Notes under the pieces: generated by a model
The model's database searches: none
What the model saw: the letters and a program-made list of their open reading frames with translations, nothing else
Told to the model about the DNA's origin: nothing
Translations under genes and position numbers: made by a program
NCBI GenBank assembly: GCA_964567295.1
Contig: CAZMLU010000001.1
Coordinates: 8,606-72,605 of the forward strand
Direction of reading: 5' to 3'
DNA length: 64,000 nt
DNA from: an uncultured Desulfovibrionaceae bacterium
GTDB lineage: Bacteria > Bacillota > Dethiobacteria > DTU022 > UBA8154
Shown: positions 38,962-48,721 of the stretch, piece by piece
Position numbering within the stretch: position 1 is the stretch's first letter
Layout of the letters: every line of letters starts with the position of its first letter

Positions 38962-41900
38962 TTAAAGGCCCCTGTTATACTTTTGGGTAAGTTTTCTCAG
39001 TTTTTCTCCCCGCCCGGTCTTTAACCAGCGGGAGGAAAAGCGCCAACGCCAGTTATTCTCTATAGTTCCGGGGGAGTTCATGCGCCCCTCACTACCCAGT
39101 CCGAATATATCCTGCAGCGGTATGATTACTTTTTCCGCGTCACTACGCAGTGCCATATCTATGAAAAACCATGGAATATCCTTTTCTTCTTGGGGTTTCC
39201 CCGGCAAAAGCCCCTTACGCCCCTTGTTCCGGTACCAGCCCAACAGGGTATCGTTGTCATGGGTGCCTGTATAAAGAACGTTGTTTTTATCATATAAAGG
39301 AAAGTGAAAGCCCCCATTTCCCTCTTCCAGAGCAAATTGCAGTATTTTCATGCCCGGCAGGTCAAAGCGAACCCTCAGTTCGTCCACTGCAGGGGTGATA
39401 TAACCCAGATCTTCAGCTATAAGGGGCAAAGCTCCCAGATCTCTTTCCACGCTTGCGAAAAAAATCTCTCCTGGTCCCTTTACCCATTGGCCGTTAACAG
39501 CAGTCTCCGCTCCTGCAGGAACTTCCCAATATGCTTCAAACGCGCGGAAGTGGTCTATACGAATAATATCAACCTGCCCTGCCAGAACTTTCAGCCGTTC
39601 TCTCCACCACAGGAAGTCGTCTTTCTCCATCTCTTCCCAGCGATAATGAGGGTTTCCCCATAGTTGGCCGGTCTCGCTAAAATAGTCTGGAGGCACGCCT
39701 GCCATGGTCAGCGGATCACCCTTTTCATCCAGCCGAAAGAGGGAGGGATTAGCCCAGACATCGCAGCTGTCATGAGCTACAAAAATGGGCAGATCCCCGA
39801 TAATCTTTACTTCTTTGCTTGCGGCATAGTCCCGTATTTTCCTCCACTGAGTAAAAAATATGTACTGCAGAAATTTTGTGAACTCCACTTCTTTTTTCAA
39901 GAGGCGGCGGTATCTCTCCAACTCCTCCGGTTGGCGAAAGGCTGCCCCTTCTTCCCAGGCATTCCATCTCTTCCCTTCGAAGTGCACTTTCAAAGCGCTA
40001 AAAAGAGCATAATCTTCCAGCCAGTTGCTATTTGAGTCACAGAACTCCCTGTACCGGGGAGAATTCTCTTCGCCCCGCTCCAAAAATCTAATAAACGCTT
40101 GGCGCAAAAGGGGTTCCTTAATCCTCCTGGCTAACTCAAAATCAGCACGGTCTTCCTCTAAAAGAGGCATGGATTCCAGATCCGAATGAGACAGAAGCCC
40201 CTCTTCCTGCAGCCGCAGCGGATCTATTAAGAGTGGGTTGCCGGCAAAGGCGGAGAAACACTGGTAAGGTGACTCCCCCAGGGCGGGAGGGTTTAGGGGC
40301 AGGATCTGCCATAGGCTCTGCCCACTCGATTTTAAAAAATCTATAAACTCAAACGCTTCTTTACCCATACCTCCAACGCCATAAGGAGAGGGAAGCGATG
40401 TTAGATGTAGAAGAATCCCGCTTTCCCTCCTGCTGCCGTAGTTATCACCCCAGCGTTCCCGGAGTAGGACCTTGCCTTCCAAGGGCTCCAGGGTCAGAGC
40501 CAATTTTCCTTCCTGAAGAGGGATCTCGGAGTAACCGTCCAGTGGATCTATCATCCGTTCTTGGCTCCAAGCGCTTATATCCAACAAGAGGAATGCTTGA
40601 TTCCAGGGATCGGCATTTATAGCTGTTAGTGCCATGTTATTTTTCTTTTCTGCTCCAAACTCATCCCTGCCTCCTTCTATCAATCTAACAAAACAGTAGA
40701 CTTTTTCTTCGGCGTGAAGTGGGAGCCAGCGGCCTGTTCTCAAGACATCATAATGGTTGCGTAAAGCAATGAGTCGACGATACCAATCCTGCAGTTCTCC
40801 GTCTTCTTCTCCCCAGGGAAAAGTGCCCCGGTTTTCTGGATCTTTGCCTCCTTCACTTCCTACTTCATCGCCGTAATAGAGGCAAGGTGCGCCAGGAAAG
40901 GTGAACTGCCAGAGAGCTGCTGCTTTCAACCTGGTCTTTTGGATGCTCCGTTTATGTTCCCGGTCTAATTCTTGGGGAAGAGCTTCGCCAAGGACTGTAA
41001 AGATACGGGCAACATCATGCCCGCCGATTAGATTGAGGAGACTAAAAAAATGGGGGCGGGGATAATTTTCATAAATGCTCATCAGGGTTCTGTTAATCTC
41101 TACAGCATTGCGTTTAAGAAGCAAAAAATCCACCAGGGCGTTGCGAAAAGGATAATTGGTAACCCCGTCCAACTCTTTCCCCAGCAGGTATTCCCTTCTT
41201 CTGTCATAGCTTTCCTTGTGGGAAGCGTCTTCCCACACCTCTCCGATAAGAACGGAATCAGGGTCCATCTCCTTCAGGGCGCGGCGAAATTCTTGAAGAA
41301 AGTCACCGGGAAGCTCATCTACAACATCCAGGCGCCACCCTTTGATACCCTTTTTCCCCCAATACTTCAAAACACTGTTTTCATCAAAGATTATAAAACG
41401 CAGGTATGACGGTTCCAGTTCATTAACATTGGGCATGTTATCTATGTCCCACCAGCATTCATAGCTGTCAGGGTATTCGCTAAAAGAAAACCAGGAGAAG
41501 TAGGGTGATTCAGGAGATTGGAAGGCGCCCAGGGATTCGTAGTTGCCTTCCTTGTTAAAATAAATACTATCGCTACCAGTATGACTGAAGACACCATCCA
41601 AAATTACGGAGATTCCCAGCTTTTCTGCTTCACTGCAAAGCTGCTCGAAGAAAGCATTATCGCCAAACATGGGATCTATTTTATGGTAATCACCTGTATC
41701 GTATTTATGGTTGCTGGGGGATTCAAAGAGAGGGTTAAAATAAATAGCTTTTATCCCCAGGGCCTTCAGGTAAGGAAGCTTTTTTCTTACCCCATAGAGG
41801 TTACCCCCAAAGAAATCCCAGCGGGCCACCTTGCCGCTGCCCATTTCCCTGATATAGAACGTCTTGTTATCCCAATGAGAATGGAGGAGACTGTTTTTTT

Positions 41901-42396
41901 TGGGATTCAACACTTTTCCCTCCTCCATCCCGTTGCAAAAGCGTTCCACAAAAATCTGGTAGACTACGGCATCTTTGAACCATGAAGGGGTGGAAAAATC
42001 CTTTTTGTAAACGGTCACCTGGTAAGGAGGAGGTAAAGTTTCTGCTACCTGGCCCGCTCCTCCCATTCCTGTAGCGTCGCTACCATAATACAGGGTTTTA
42101 TTATCTCCTGTAACCACTCTAAAAAAATACCATAGAAGGCAAGGAAAAGAAGGCATGCGAAGCTTTGTATTGTAAATCCTTTCCTCTCCCTTTACCTGCA
42201 TAAGTTCTAACTGTATTCTGGAAACGCTTTTCCCGCCTCCAGCTTCCTCACGGTAAAGCTCCAGGATTACCTCTTTTAACGGGTCAATTGCTCTTACCAT
42301 TAGCCTTAGTTCTAACTCATCTTCGCAGGGCAAGGCTCCGAAAGGGTTTCTGTAGAAGAGAGTATGGGTATTGTGGTAAATCTTTACATTTGACAA
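38962..42396 (-). CDS. Fusion protein: a GH13 alpha-amylase/neopullulanase-like domain plus a GH77 4-alpha-glucanotransferase (amylomaltase) domain
   Basis: 1144 aa; the N-terminal half has GH13 regions I to IV (DGVFSHTG, GWRLDVVDE, GEVWE, IGGHD). The C-terminal half begins with the MalQ-type ILLHLTSLPSPYGVGGMG ... NPLLIDP. Confidence 0.75.
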   Translation of the reverse strand: MSNVKIYHNTHTLFYRNPFGALPCEDELELRLMVRAIDPLKEVILELYREEAGGGKSVSRIQLELMQVKGEERIYNTKLRMPSFPCLLWYFFRVVTGDNKTLYYGSDATGMGGAGQVAETLPPPYQVTVYKKDFSTPSWFKDAVVYQIFVERFCNGMEEGKVLNPKKNSLLHSHWDNKTFYIREMGSGKVARWDFFGGNLYGVRKKLPYLKALGIKAIYFNPLFESPSNHKYDTGDYHKIDPMFGDNAFFEQLCSEAEKLGISVILDGVFSHTGSDSIYFNKEGNYESLGAFQSPESPYFSWFSFSEYPDSYECWWDIDNMPNVNELEPSYLRFIIFDENSVLKYWGKKGIKGWRLDVVDELPGDFLQEFRRALKEMDPDSVLIGEVWEDASHKESYDRRREYLLGKELDGVTNYPFRNALVDFLLLKRNAVEINRTLMSIYENYPRPHFFSLLNLIGGHDVARIFTVLGEALPQELDREHKRSIQKTRLKAAALWQFTFPGAPCLYYGDEVGSEGGKDPENRGTFPWGEEDGELQDWYRRLIALRNHYDVLRTGRWLPLHAEEKVYCFVRLIEGGRDEFGAEKKNNMALTAINADPWNQAFLLLDISAWSQERMIDPLDGYSEIPLQEGKLALTLEPLEGKVLLRERWGDNYGSRRESGILLHLTSLPSPYGVGGMGKEAFEFIDFLKSSGQSLWQILPLNPPALGESPYQCFSAFAGNPLLIDPLRLQEEGLLSHSDLESMPLLEEDRADFELARRIKEPLLRQAFIRFLERGEENSPRYREFCDSNSNWLEDYALFSALKVHFEGKRWNAWEEGAAFRQPEELERYRRLLKKEVEFTKFLQYIFFTQWRKIRDYAASKEVKIIGDLPIFVAHDSCDVWANPSLFRLDEKGDPLTMAGVPPDYFSETGQLWGNPHYRWEEMEKDDFLWWRERLKVLAGQVDIIRIDHFRAFEAYWEVPAGAETAVNGQWVKGPGEIFFASVERDLGALPLIAEDLGYITPAVDELRVRFDLPGMKILQFALEEGNGGFHFPLYDKNNVLYTGTHDNDTLLGWYRNKGRKGLLPGKPQEEKDIPWFFIDMALRSDAEKVIIPLQDIFGLGSEGRMNSPGTIENNWRWRFSSRWLKTGRGEKLRKLTQKYNRGL

Positions 42397-42495
42397 AAAA
42401 ATACTCCTATCACGAAAATGAAGGCTTTGATGGCAAAGTAAAACACCGGGTTTGCGTAGAAAACCTCCCTGCCATATGCTTACATTTTTTCAAGC

Positions 42496-44946
42496 TTAAG
42501 AGGAATGCTGTTGTGCCGCGATCTCTTTTACAGGTTCTATTCCCCAGATCTCCTCTGCATACTCCGAGACGGTGCGATCGCTGGAAAATTTCCCGGAACA
42601 GGCAATATTGGTGATGGACATTTCCAACCATTTGCCCCGGTCCCGGTAGTGCCTATCGACACTATCACAAGCTTCTGCATAGGAAAAATAATCCTTCAGG
42701 ACGAAGTATTCATCGTTTTCGGTGAGCAGTAGATCGTAAATCTCCTTAAATTCCTTATTTTGCGAAGAAGGAAATCCTTGTTTAAGCTGGTCCATCAACT
42801 TTCTTATTCTATGCTCTTCGTTATATATATCCACAGATCGATATCCGCCGGAGCGGTAATAGCTTAGCACTTCACTGGGTGAGAGGCCAAAGATAAACAT
42901 GTTATCACTGCCCACCTCTTCCAATATTTCTATATTGGCACCGTCAAGTGTGCCCAGTGTAACAGCCCCATTCATCATGAATTTCATGTTGCCCGTGCCT
43001 GAGGCTTCCTTCGTGGCCGTGGAGATCTGCTTACTTATATCGGCCGCGGGAATGACCATTTCCGCCAGGGAAACACGGTAATTTTCCAGGAATACCATCT
43101 TGATTTTATCCTGCAGATGTTTATCTGAATTTACTGCAGCAGCAACTGTATTAATCAGTTTTATAGTATCTTTGGCAAGCAGATAACCCGGTGCCGCCTT
43201 CCCGGCGAAGATAAAAGTACGAGGATGTATATCAAGGCTCGGATCCTCTCTAAGCCGATTATAGAGCTCCATAATATGGAGCACGTTTAATATCTGCCTT
43301 TTGTAAGCATGTATGCGCTTAACCTGCACGTCAAAAATAGAGTTTATATCCACCGCCACCCCGTTTTTTTCCTTTATATATTGGGCCAGGAATTGTTTGC
43401 GTTGATTCTTAGCTTTTTGAGCCTCTTCCTGAAAGGCCCTGTCACGAGCATAACCTTGCAGCTGTTTAAGCTGAATGGGGTCCTTGATCCAACCCCGACC
43501 GATTGCAGAGCTGATCAGCTCTGCCAGTTCGGGGTTGGCTTTTAAAAGCCAGCGACGGTGTGTTATCCCATTGGTCTTATTGTTAAATTTTTGGGGAAAG
43601 GCCTGGTAAAAATCTTTCATCTCTCTTTTTTTCAGGATCTTTGTATGAATTTTAGCTACCCCGTTAACGCTATGGCTTCCTGCAACCGCCAGATGTGACA
43701 TTTTTACCTGTCCATCAGCAATAATGGCCATTTTTCCGATCTTCCCCCACTGGCCCGGGTATTTTTCCCATAGTCCACGGCAGAAACTTTCGTTCATCTC
43801 TTCCACAATCATGAATATACGGGGCAAAAGGGTTTTAAAAACATCTTCCGGCCAGGTTTCCAGTGCTTCGGACAGGGTGGTATGGTTGGTATAAGAGATA
43901 ACCTGTCCGGTAATGTGGAATGCTTCCTCCCAGCCCAAGCCTTCTTCATCCATGAGCAGGCGCATCAGTTCCGGTATGGCCAGGGCCGGGTGTGTATCGT
44001 TTATATGTATGGCTATCTTTTGCGGAAGGTTCTTCAAAGAGTCATTATGCTTTTTAAAGCGACGAATAATCCCCTGCAAGCTTGCTGAAACCAGGAAGTA
44101 TTCCTGCTTAAGGCGCAGCACCCTGCCTTCATGATAGGTATCATCGGGATAGAGAAATTGAGAGATGGACTCCGATTCGTACTTATTATCCAGAGCTTTT
44201 TTCTGGCCGTTATGGGCAGAGGTAAAATAATCATGGCACTGAGGGTCTACCTCGGCGCTCCAGAGACGAAGAGTATTAACCAGGGGACTGCCATAGCCGC
44301 AGACGGGAATGTCATAGGGAACGGCCATAACCACCTGGTAGCCTTCATGGTGGAAAACGAGCCTGCCGTTTTGCCACTCCGGGCGGATATCGCCGCCGAA
44401 TTTGACTTCAAGGGCCTTATCAGATTTGCGGATTTCCCAAACGTTACCTTCCCGCAGCCAATACTCGGGTAGCTCCACCTGGTAGCCATCAATTATTCTC
44501 TGCTCAAAAAGGCCGTATTTATAACGGATCCCGCATCCGTGACCGGGAAGGTTCAGGGACGCCATGGAATCCAGGAAGCAAGCTGCCAAACGTCCCAGGC
44601 CGCCATTACCCAAACCTGCGTCAGGTTCCTGCTCTTCAAGCCTATCCAGATCAATGCCCAACTCTTGTAAACCTTCCGCACAGAGTTCTCTTATACCCAG
44701 GTTTATAAGGTTGTTACCTGCGAGCCTTCCCAATAAGAATTCCATGGAGAGATAATAAACCTGCTTAACACCTGCGTTTTTATAGAGTTCGTTGGTTGCA
44801 ATCCAGCCCCTGGTCAGATATTCCCTAATGAGAACTCCAAGGGCGATATACTTATCCGCATCCGTTGCTTCCTCCAGGCTTGTACCCCTTAACAGCTCCA
44901 GTTTCTGGATGTAAGCATTTTTAAAGCTATCTTTGTCTCGAAACAT
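42496..44946 (-). CDS. glgP: Glycogen/maltodextrin phosphorylase
   Basis: GT35 family; the EASGTGNMKFMMNG pyridoxal-phosphate motif. Start refined to the internal Met (MFRDKDSFKNAY...). Confidence 0.9.
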   Translation of the reverse strand: MFRDKDSFKNAYIQKLELLRGTSLEEATDADKYIALGVLIREYLTRGWIATNELYKNAGVKQVYYLSMEFLLGRLAGNNLINLGIRELCAEGLQELGIDLDRLEEQEPDAGLGNGGLGRLAACFLDSMASLNLPGHGCGIRYKYGLFEQRIIDGYQVELPEYWLREGNVWEIRKSDKALEVKFGGDIRPEWQNGRLVFHHEGYQVVMAVPYDIPVCGYGSPLVNTLRLWSAEVDPQCHDYFTSAHNGQKKALDNKYESESISQFLYPDDTYHEGRVLRLKQEYFLVSASLQGIIRRFKKHNDSLKNLPQKIAIHINDTHPALAIPELMRLLMDEEGLGWEEAFHITGQVISYTNHTTLSEALETWPEDVFKTLLPRIFMIVEEMNESFCRGLWEKYPGQWGKIGKMAIIADGQVKMSHLAVAGSHSVNGVAKIHTKILKKREMKDFYQAFPQKFNNKTNGITHRRWLLKANPELAELISSAIGRGWIKDPIQLKQLQGYARDRAFQEEAQKAKNQRKQFLAQYIKEKNGVAVDINSIFDVQVKRIHAYKRQILNVLHIMELYNRLREDPSLDIHPRTFIFAGKAAPGYLLAKDTIKLINTVAAAVNSDKHLQDKIKMVFLENYRVSLAEMVIPAADISKQISTATKEASGTGNMKFMMNGAVTLGTLDGANIEILEEVGSDNMFIFGLSPSEVLSYYRSGGYRSVDIYNEEHRIRKLMDQLKQGFPSSQNKEFKEIYDLLLTENDEYFVLKDYFSYAEACDSVDRHYRDRGKWLEMSITNIACSGKFSSDRTVSEYAEEIWGIEPVKEIAAQQHSS

Positions 44947-44968
44947 AAAACCCCAACACCACCGTCTT

Positions 44969-46414
44969 TTAATTATGCAGCAAACTGCTGTAAAGCTTTT
45001 GATACTGCTCTGCTGAACTCTTCCAGCTGAAATCCATCTCTGTGGCATTTTTCATTATAAGTGCCCATTTTTCCCTGTCTTGATAAGTCTTTAAGGCTTC
45101 TTTCAGGGTAGAGAGGAGCGCTTCCTTTTTATATTCGGTAAAAACAAAACCGTTTCCTTCCCCTGTTTTGGCATCAAAAGGCAGTACTGTATCTTTTAAG
45201 CCACCGGTCTCTCTTACCAGTGGAATTGTCCCGTAGCGCAAGGCGATCAGTTGCCCGATACCACAGGGTTCATAGAGGGAAGGCATTAGAAACAGATCGG
45301 CCCCAGCGTAGATACGTCGCGCCAACTGTTCGTCAAAGCGGAGCTGCACAGCTATTTTGTGCGGATAATCATAAGAAGCCCCCCGCAGAAAGGCTTCGTA
45401 TTTCTGCTCTCCGGTACCGAGAAAGACCAGCTGCAGCTCCAAAGCCATAATCTCCTCCAAGGCTTCTCTCAGTAGGTCCAGTCCTTTCTGCTCTACCAGG
45501 CGGTTGATAAAGGCTACCAGTGGAATCTCTTCGTTTTGGGGAAGTCCCAGGCTTTCCTGCAAGAAGGGTTTGTTTTTGCATTTTTCAGTATAAGAAGCCC
45601 TGTAGGGAAACTTAACCTGGGGATCTCCCGTGGGATCATAAAACTGGTAATCTATGCCGTTTATGATCCCGGAGAGGCTATGCTTTCTTTTTTGAAGCAG
45701 CCCTTCAAGCTTTTCCCCGTATTCCGGGGTCTGGATCTCCCTTACATAGGTTTCACTCACAGTTGTGAGATAATCGGCAAAAACGAGGCCTGCTTTCAGG
45801 TAACTTCCCTGGCCGTAAAACTCAATCCCTTCCATGGAATAATACTCTTCAGGCAGGTCCAACAACTCCTCTAACATTTCCCAGGGAAATAGTCCCTGGT
45901 AATTTAGGTTGTGCACGGTGAATACACTTTTTATATCTTGAAAAAAAGGATGCTGCCCGTAAAGAGCTTTTAGAAAAAGGTTGACAAGGCCGGTGTGCCA
46001 ATCATGAGTGTGCAGGATCTGCGGTTTAAATCCCAGGTAAGGTAGTGATTCCAAGACGGCTCGGCAAAAAAAGGCGAACCTTTCGGCATCATCCCTGAAA
46101 TCGTAGATTCCGTGACGATCAAAGTAGTACTCATTATCGATAAAGTATACAGGCATCCCTTCCGACTCCAGTTCTAAAAGGCTGAAGTGCTGATATCTCC
46201 ATCCCATAGAAAGGGGCATTTTTTTTCGCAGAGACATTTTTTCCTTGAACGGGAAAGGCACATCCCTGTAAAGAGGAAGGATGAGGCGGGCATCCACCCC
46301 CTTTTTCCTGAGCTCTAAGGGCAGAGAACCAATAACATCAGCCAGGCCTCCAGTCTTAATAAAAGGAACAGCTTCTGAGGCTGCAAACAGCACTTCCATT
46401 CTTTTATCACTCAC
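44969..46414 (-). CDS. glgA: Glycogen synthase (ADP-glucose type)
   Basis: 481 aa; the KTGGLADV motif and the GT5 fold. The true start may be the internal MEVLFAASE... Confidence 0.9.
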   Translation of the reverse strand: MSDKRMEVLFAASEAVPFIKTGGLADVIGSLPLELRKKGVDARLILPLYRDVPFPFKEKMSLRKKMPLSMGWRYQHFSLLELESEGMPVYFIDNEYYFDRHGIYDFRDDAERFAFFCRAVLESLPYLGFKPQILHTHDWHTGLVNLFLKALYGQHPFFQDIKSVFTVHNLNYQGLFPWEMLEELLDLPEEYYSMEGIEFYGQGSYLKAGLVFADYLTTVSETYVREIQTPEYGEKLEGLLQKRKHSLSGIINGIDYQFYDPTGDPQVKFPYRASYTEKCKNKPFLQESLGLPQNEEIPLVAFINRLVEQKGLDLLREALEEIMALELQLVFLGTGEQKYEAFLRGASYDYPHKIAVQLRFDEQLARRIYAGADLFLMPSLYEPCGIGQLIALRYGTIPLVRETGGLKDTVLPFDAKTGEGNGFVFTEYKKEALLSTLKEALKTYQDREKWALIMKNATEMDFSWKSSAEQYQKLYSSLLHN

Positions 46415-46419
46415 CTTTA

Positions 46420-47529
46420 TTATATTTCTTTTTCTTTGGGAATAAGAACCGAGAGGCCGCTTCTACCAGTAACGGTTTTTCCCCTGGAGATCTTTACTTC
46501 TTTGTCCAGGATGGCGTTTTGAACTCGCGCACCTTCTTTTATCTCTCCACGGCGCATAATGATGCTATCTTTAACCTGTGCGCCAGGGTGCACTTTTACA
46601 CCTCGAAAAAGAATGCTGTTTTCTACTTTTCCAGCGATCTGACAACCATTTGCCAGCAGGGAGTTGGTTACCTGGGCGCCGTTTAAGTAGCCGACGGGAG
46701 GATCGTCTTTCGTCCTGGTAGAGATGGGGCCCTTGCCAGAGAAGAGCTCCTCCCGCACCCGGGAGTATAGCAAATCCATGCTGCACCTGTAATACTGGAG
46801 CACGGAATTAATAACTCCTATGTAACCCGTAGCTGGAAAAGCGTAAATTTTCAAAGAGTCTATGTTGTCTATAATACCATTTTGTAACAAATCTCCGTAA
46901 TCTGAGTTGAGCCTGCTTTTAACGATCTCCAGCAGAAATCTCTTGGAGAGCAGGTATGTTCCCAGCAGCTTTTTGCTGCTTTCCAATTCTCCGGGCGTTT
47001 TTTCAATACGCCGAACACGGCCTCCTTCTTCCACTTCCAGTCCCCGGGAAAGTATCTGGTTTTTAAGGCCATCTTTATCACTATAAAAAAGGGTTATATC
47101 AGCCTCTTCCCGGCAGTGAAATTTGAAGGCAGAGGTAAAATCCAGGTTGCACACCATATTACCTCCGGAGATAAGAACATACTGCTGTCGGCGATGGTTG
47201 AAAAAATCCTGGTGGCTGTAAAAGTTAAAAAGATCGCCTTTATAGTTAGCAGCAGGATAATAAACGGGAGGAAGTATGATAAGACCGTTTTTTTTGCGGT
47301 GTAAATCCCATTCCTGCCCGGAGCCCAGATGCTCCATAAGGGAGCGATAGTTGTTAAGGGGGAAGACAGCCACATTCTGAATCCCCGAATTGACCATGCT
47401 CGAGAGTATAAAATCAACCAGGCGGTATTTTCCACCGAAGGGAACGGAAGCAATACAACGCGGACGGGTCAGCTCACCCAAAGTATCGTCTCTTATATCT
47501 ACGTTAATAACACCCAGCACATCTTTCAT
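46420..47529 (-). CDS. glgD: Glucose-1-phosphate adenylyltransferase regulatory subunit
   Basis: 369 aa; GlgC-like but lacking catalytic residues, in the Firmicute glgBCDAP order. Confidence 0.8.
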   Translation of the reverse strand: MKDVLGVINVDIRDDTLGELTRPRCIASVPFGGKYRLVDFILSSMVNSGIQNVAVFPLNNYRSLMEHLGSGQEWDLHRKKNGLIILPPVYYPAANYKGDLFNFYSHQDFFNHRRQQYVLISGGNMVCNLDFTSAFKFHCREEADITLFYSDKDGLKNQILSRGLEVEEGGRVRRIEKTPGELESSKKLLGTYLLSKRFLLEIVKSRLNSDYGDLLQNGIIDNIDSLKIYAFPATGYIGVINSVLQYYRCSMDLLYSRVREELFSGKGPISTRTKDDPPVGYLNGAQVTNSLLANGCQIAGKVENSILFRGVKVHPGAQVKDSIIMRRGEIKEGARVQNAILDKEVKISRGKTVTGRSGLSVLIPKEKEI

Positions 47530-47531
47530 GG

Positions 47532-48698
47532 CTACTCTCCTCTTAATACAGAATTAGGAAGTATGCTGCAGTTCTCTTCCACCAGGATTATCTCCTCTCG
47601 CGAAGATTGCAACCCCGAGACCAGGGAACCACTGCCGATCTCTGTATTTTCGTCGATGATAGCTTTTTCAACTACCACCTTTTCATTAATCTTAACGTTG
47701 GGCATGAGAATTGAATCTCTAATAATAGAATCCTTTCCCACATGAACACCGTAAAAAAGCACTGAACGTTCCACGCTTCCGTAAACAGAGCAGCCCTCAT
47801 TGACCAGGGAGTTGGTGATTTTTGCCTCTTGGGAGATGTAGAGGGGTGTTTGATTCAGGTTCCTGGTGTAAATAGGCCAGCTATTATCATAGAGATTTAA
47901 TCCTGACGTCGGGGAAAGCAAGTCCATATTGGCTTCCCAAAAGCTCTCGATGGTGCCTACATCTTTCCAATAGCCCCGGAAAGGATAGGCATACATGTGG
48001 AGGCCGTCTTTTAACATTAAAGGAATGACGTCTTTTCCGAAGTCATTACTGGATTCAGGATTGGCCTCATCTTTTTCCAGGTATTCTTTTAAAATGTCCT
48101 TATCGAAAAAGTAGATTCCCATGGAGGCCAGGTTGCTGCGGGGATGGGCAGGTTTTTCTTGAAATTCTTGAATTCGCCCGTCCTCACCTCTGCTCATCAC
48201 TCCAAAACGGCTGGCCTCTTTCCAGGGAACCTCTATTACGGCAATGGTTACCTGGGCCTTTTTCTCGCGGTGATAGGCCAACATAAGGTCATAGTCCATT
48301 TTGTAGATGTGATCTCCGGAGATGACCAGGACGTGGGAAGGATCATATTTTTCGACGAAGAAAAAATTCTGGTAGATTGCGTCAGCAGTTCCTTTGTACC
48401 ATTTACCACCGTCCTGCCGAACGAAGGGAGGAAGAATGGCTGCTCCACCGCTTCTAATGTCCAGATCCCAGGGGGTACCCGCGCCGATATGAGAATTGAG
48501 AATCAACGGCTCGTACTGGGTCAGGACCCCTACAGTGTCAATGCCCGAATTGGTGCAATTGCTCAGTGTAAAGTCGATGATACGGTATTTTCCTCCAAAA
48601 GGGAGAGCGGGCTTGGCCATTAACCTGGTCAAAAAGCCCAGCCTTTTACCCTCTCCTCCTGCCAGAAGCATGGCAATACTTTCTTTGCGCCTGGCCAT
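47532..48698 (-). CDS. glgC: Glucose-1-phosphate adenylyltransferase
   Basis: 388 aa; LAGGEGKRL ... a nucleotidyltransferase plus a left-handed beta-helix. Confidence 0.9.
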   Translation of the reverse strand: MARRKESIAMLLAGGEGKRLGFLTRLMAKPALPFGGKYRIIDFTLSNCTNSGIDTVGVLTQYEPLILNSHIGAGTPWDLDIRSGGAAILPPFVRQDGGKWYKGTADAIYQNFFFVEKYDPSHVLVISGDHIYKMDYDLMLAYHREKKAQVTIAVIEVPWKEASRFGVMSRGEDGRIQEFQEKPAHPRSNLASMGIYFFDKDILKEYLEKDEANPESSNDFGKDVIPLMLKDGLHMYAYPFRGYWKDVGTIESFWEANMDLLSPTSGLNLYDNSWPIYTRNLNQTPLYISQEAKITNSLVNEGCSVYGSVERSVLFYGVHVGKDSIIRDSILMPNVKINEKVVVEKAIIDENTEIGSGSLVSGLQSSREEIILVEENCSILPNSVLRGE

Positions 48699-48721
48699 CC
48701 TTCCCCCTCCTTACTGCATCA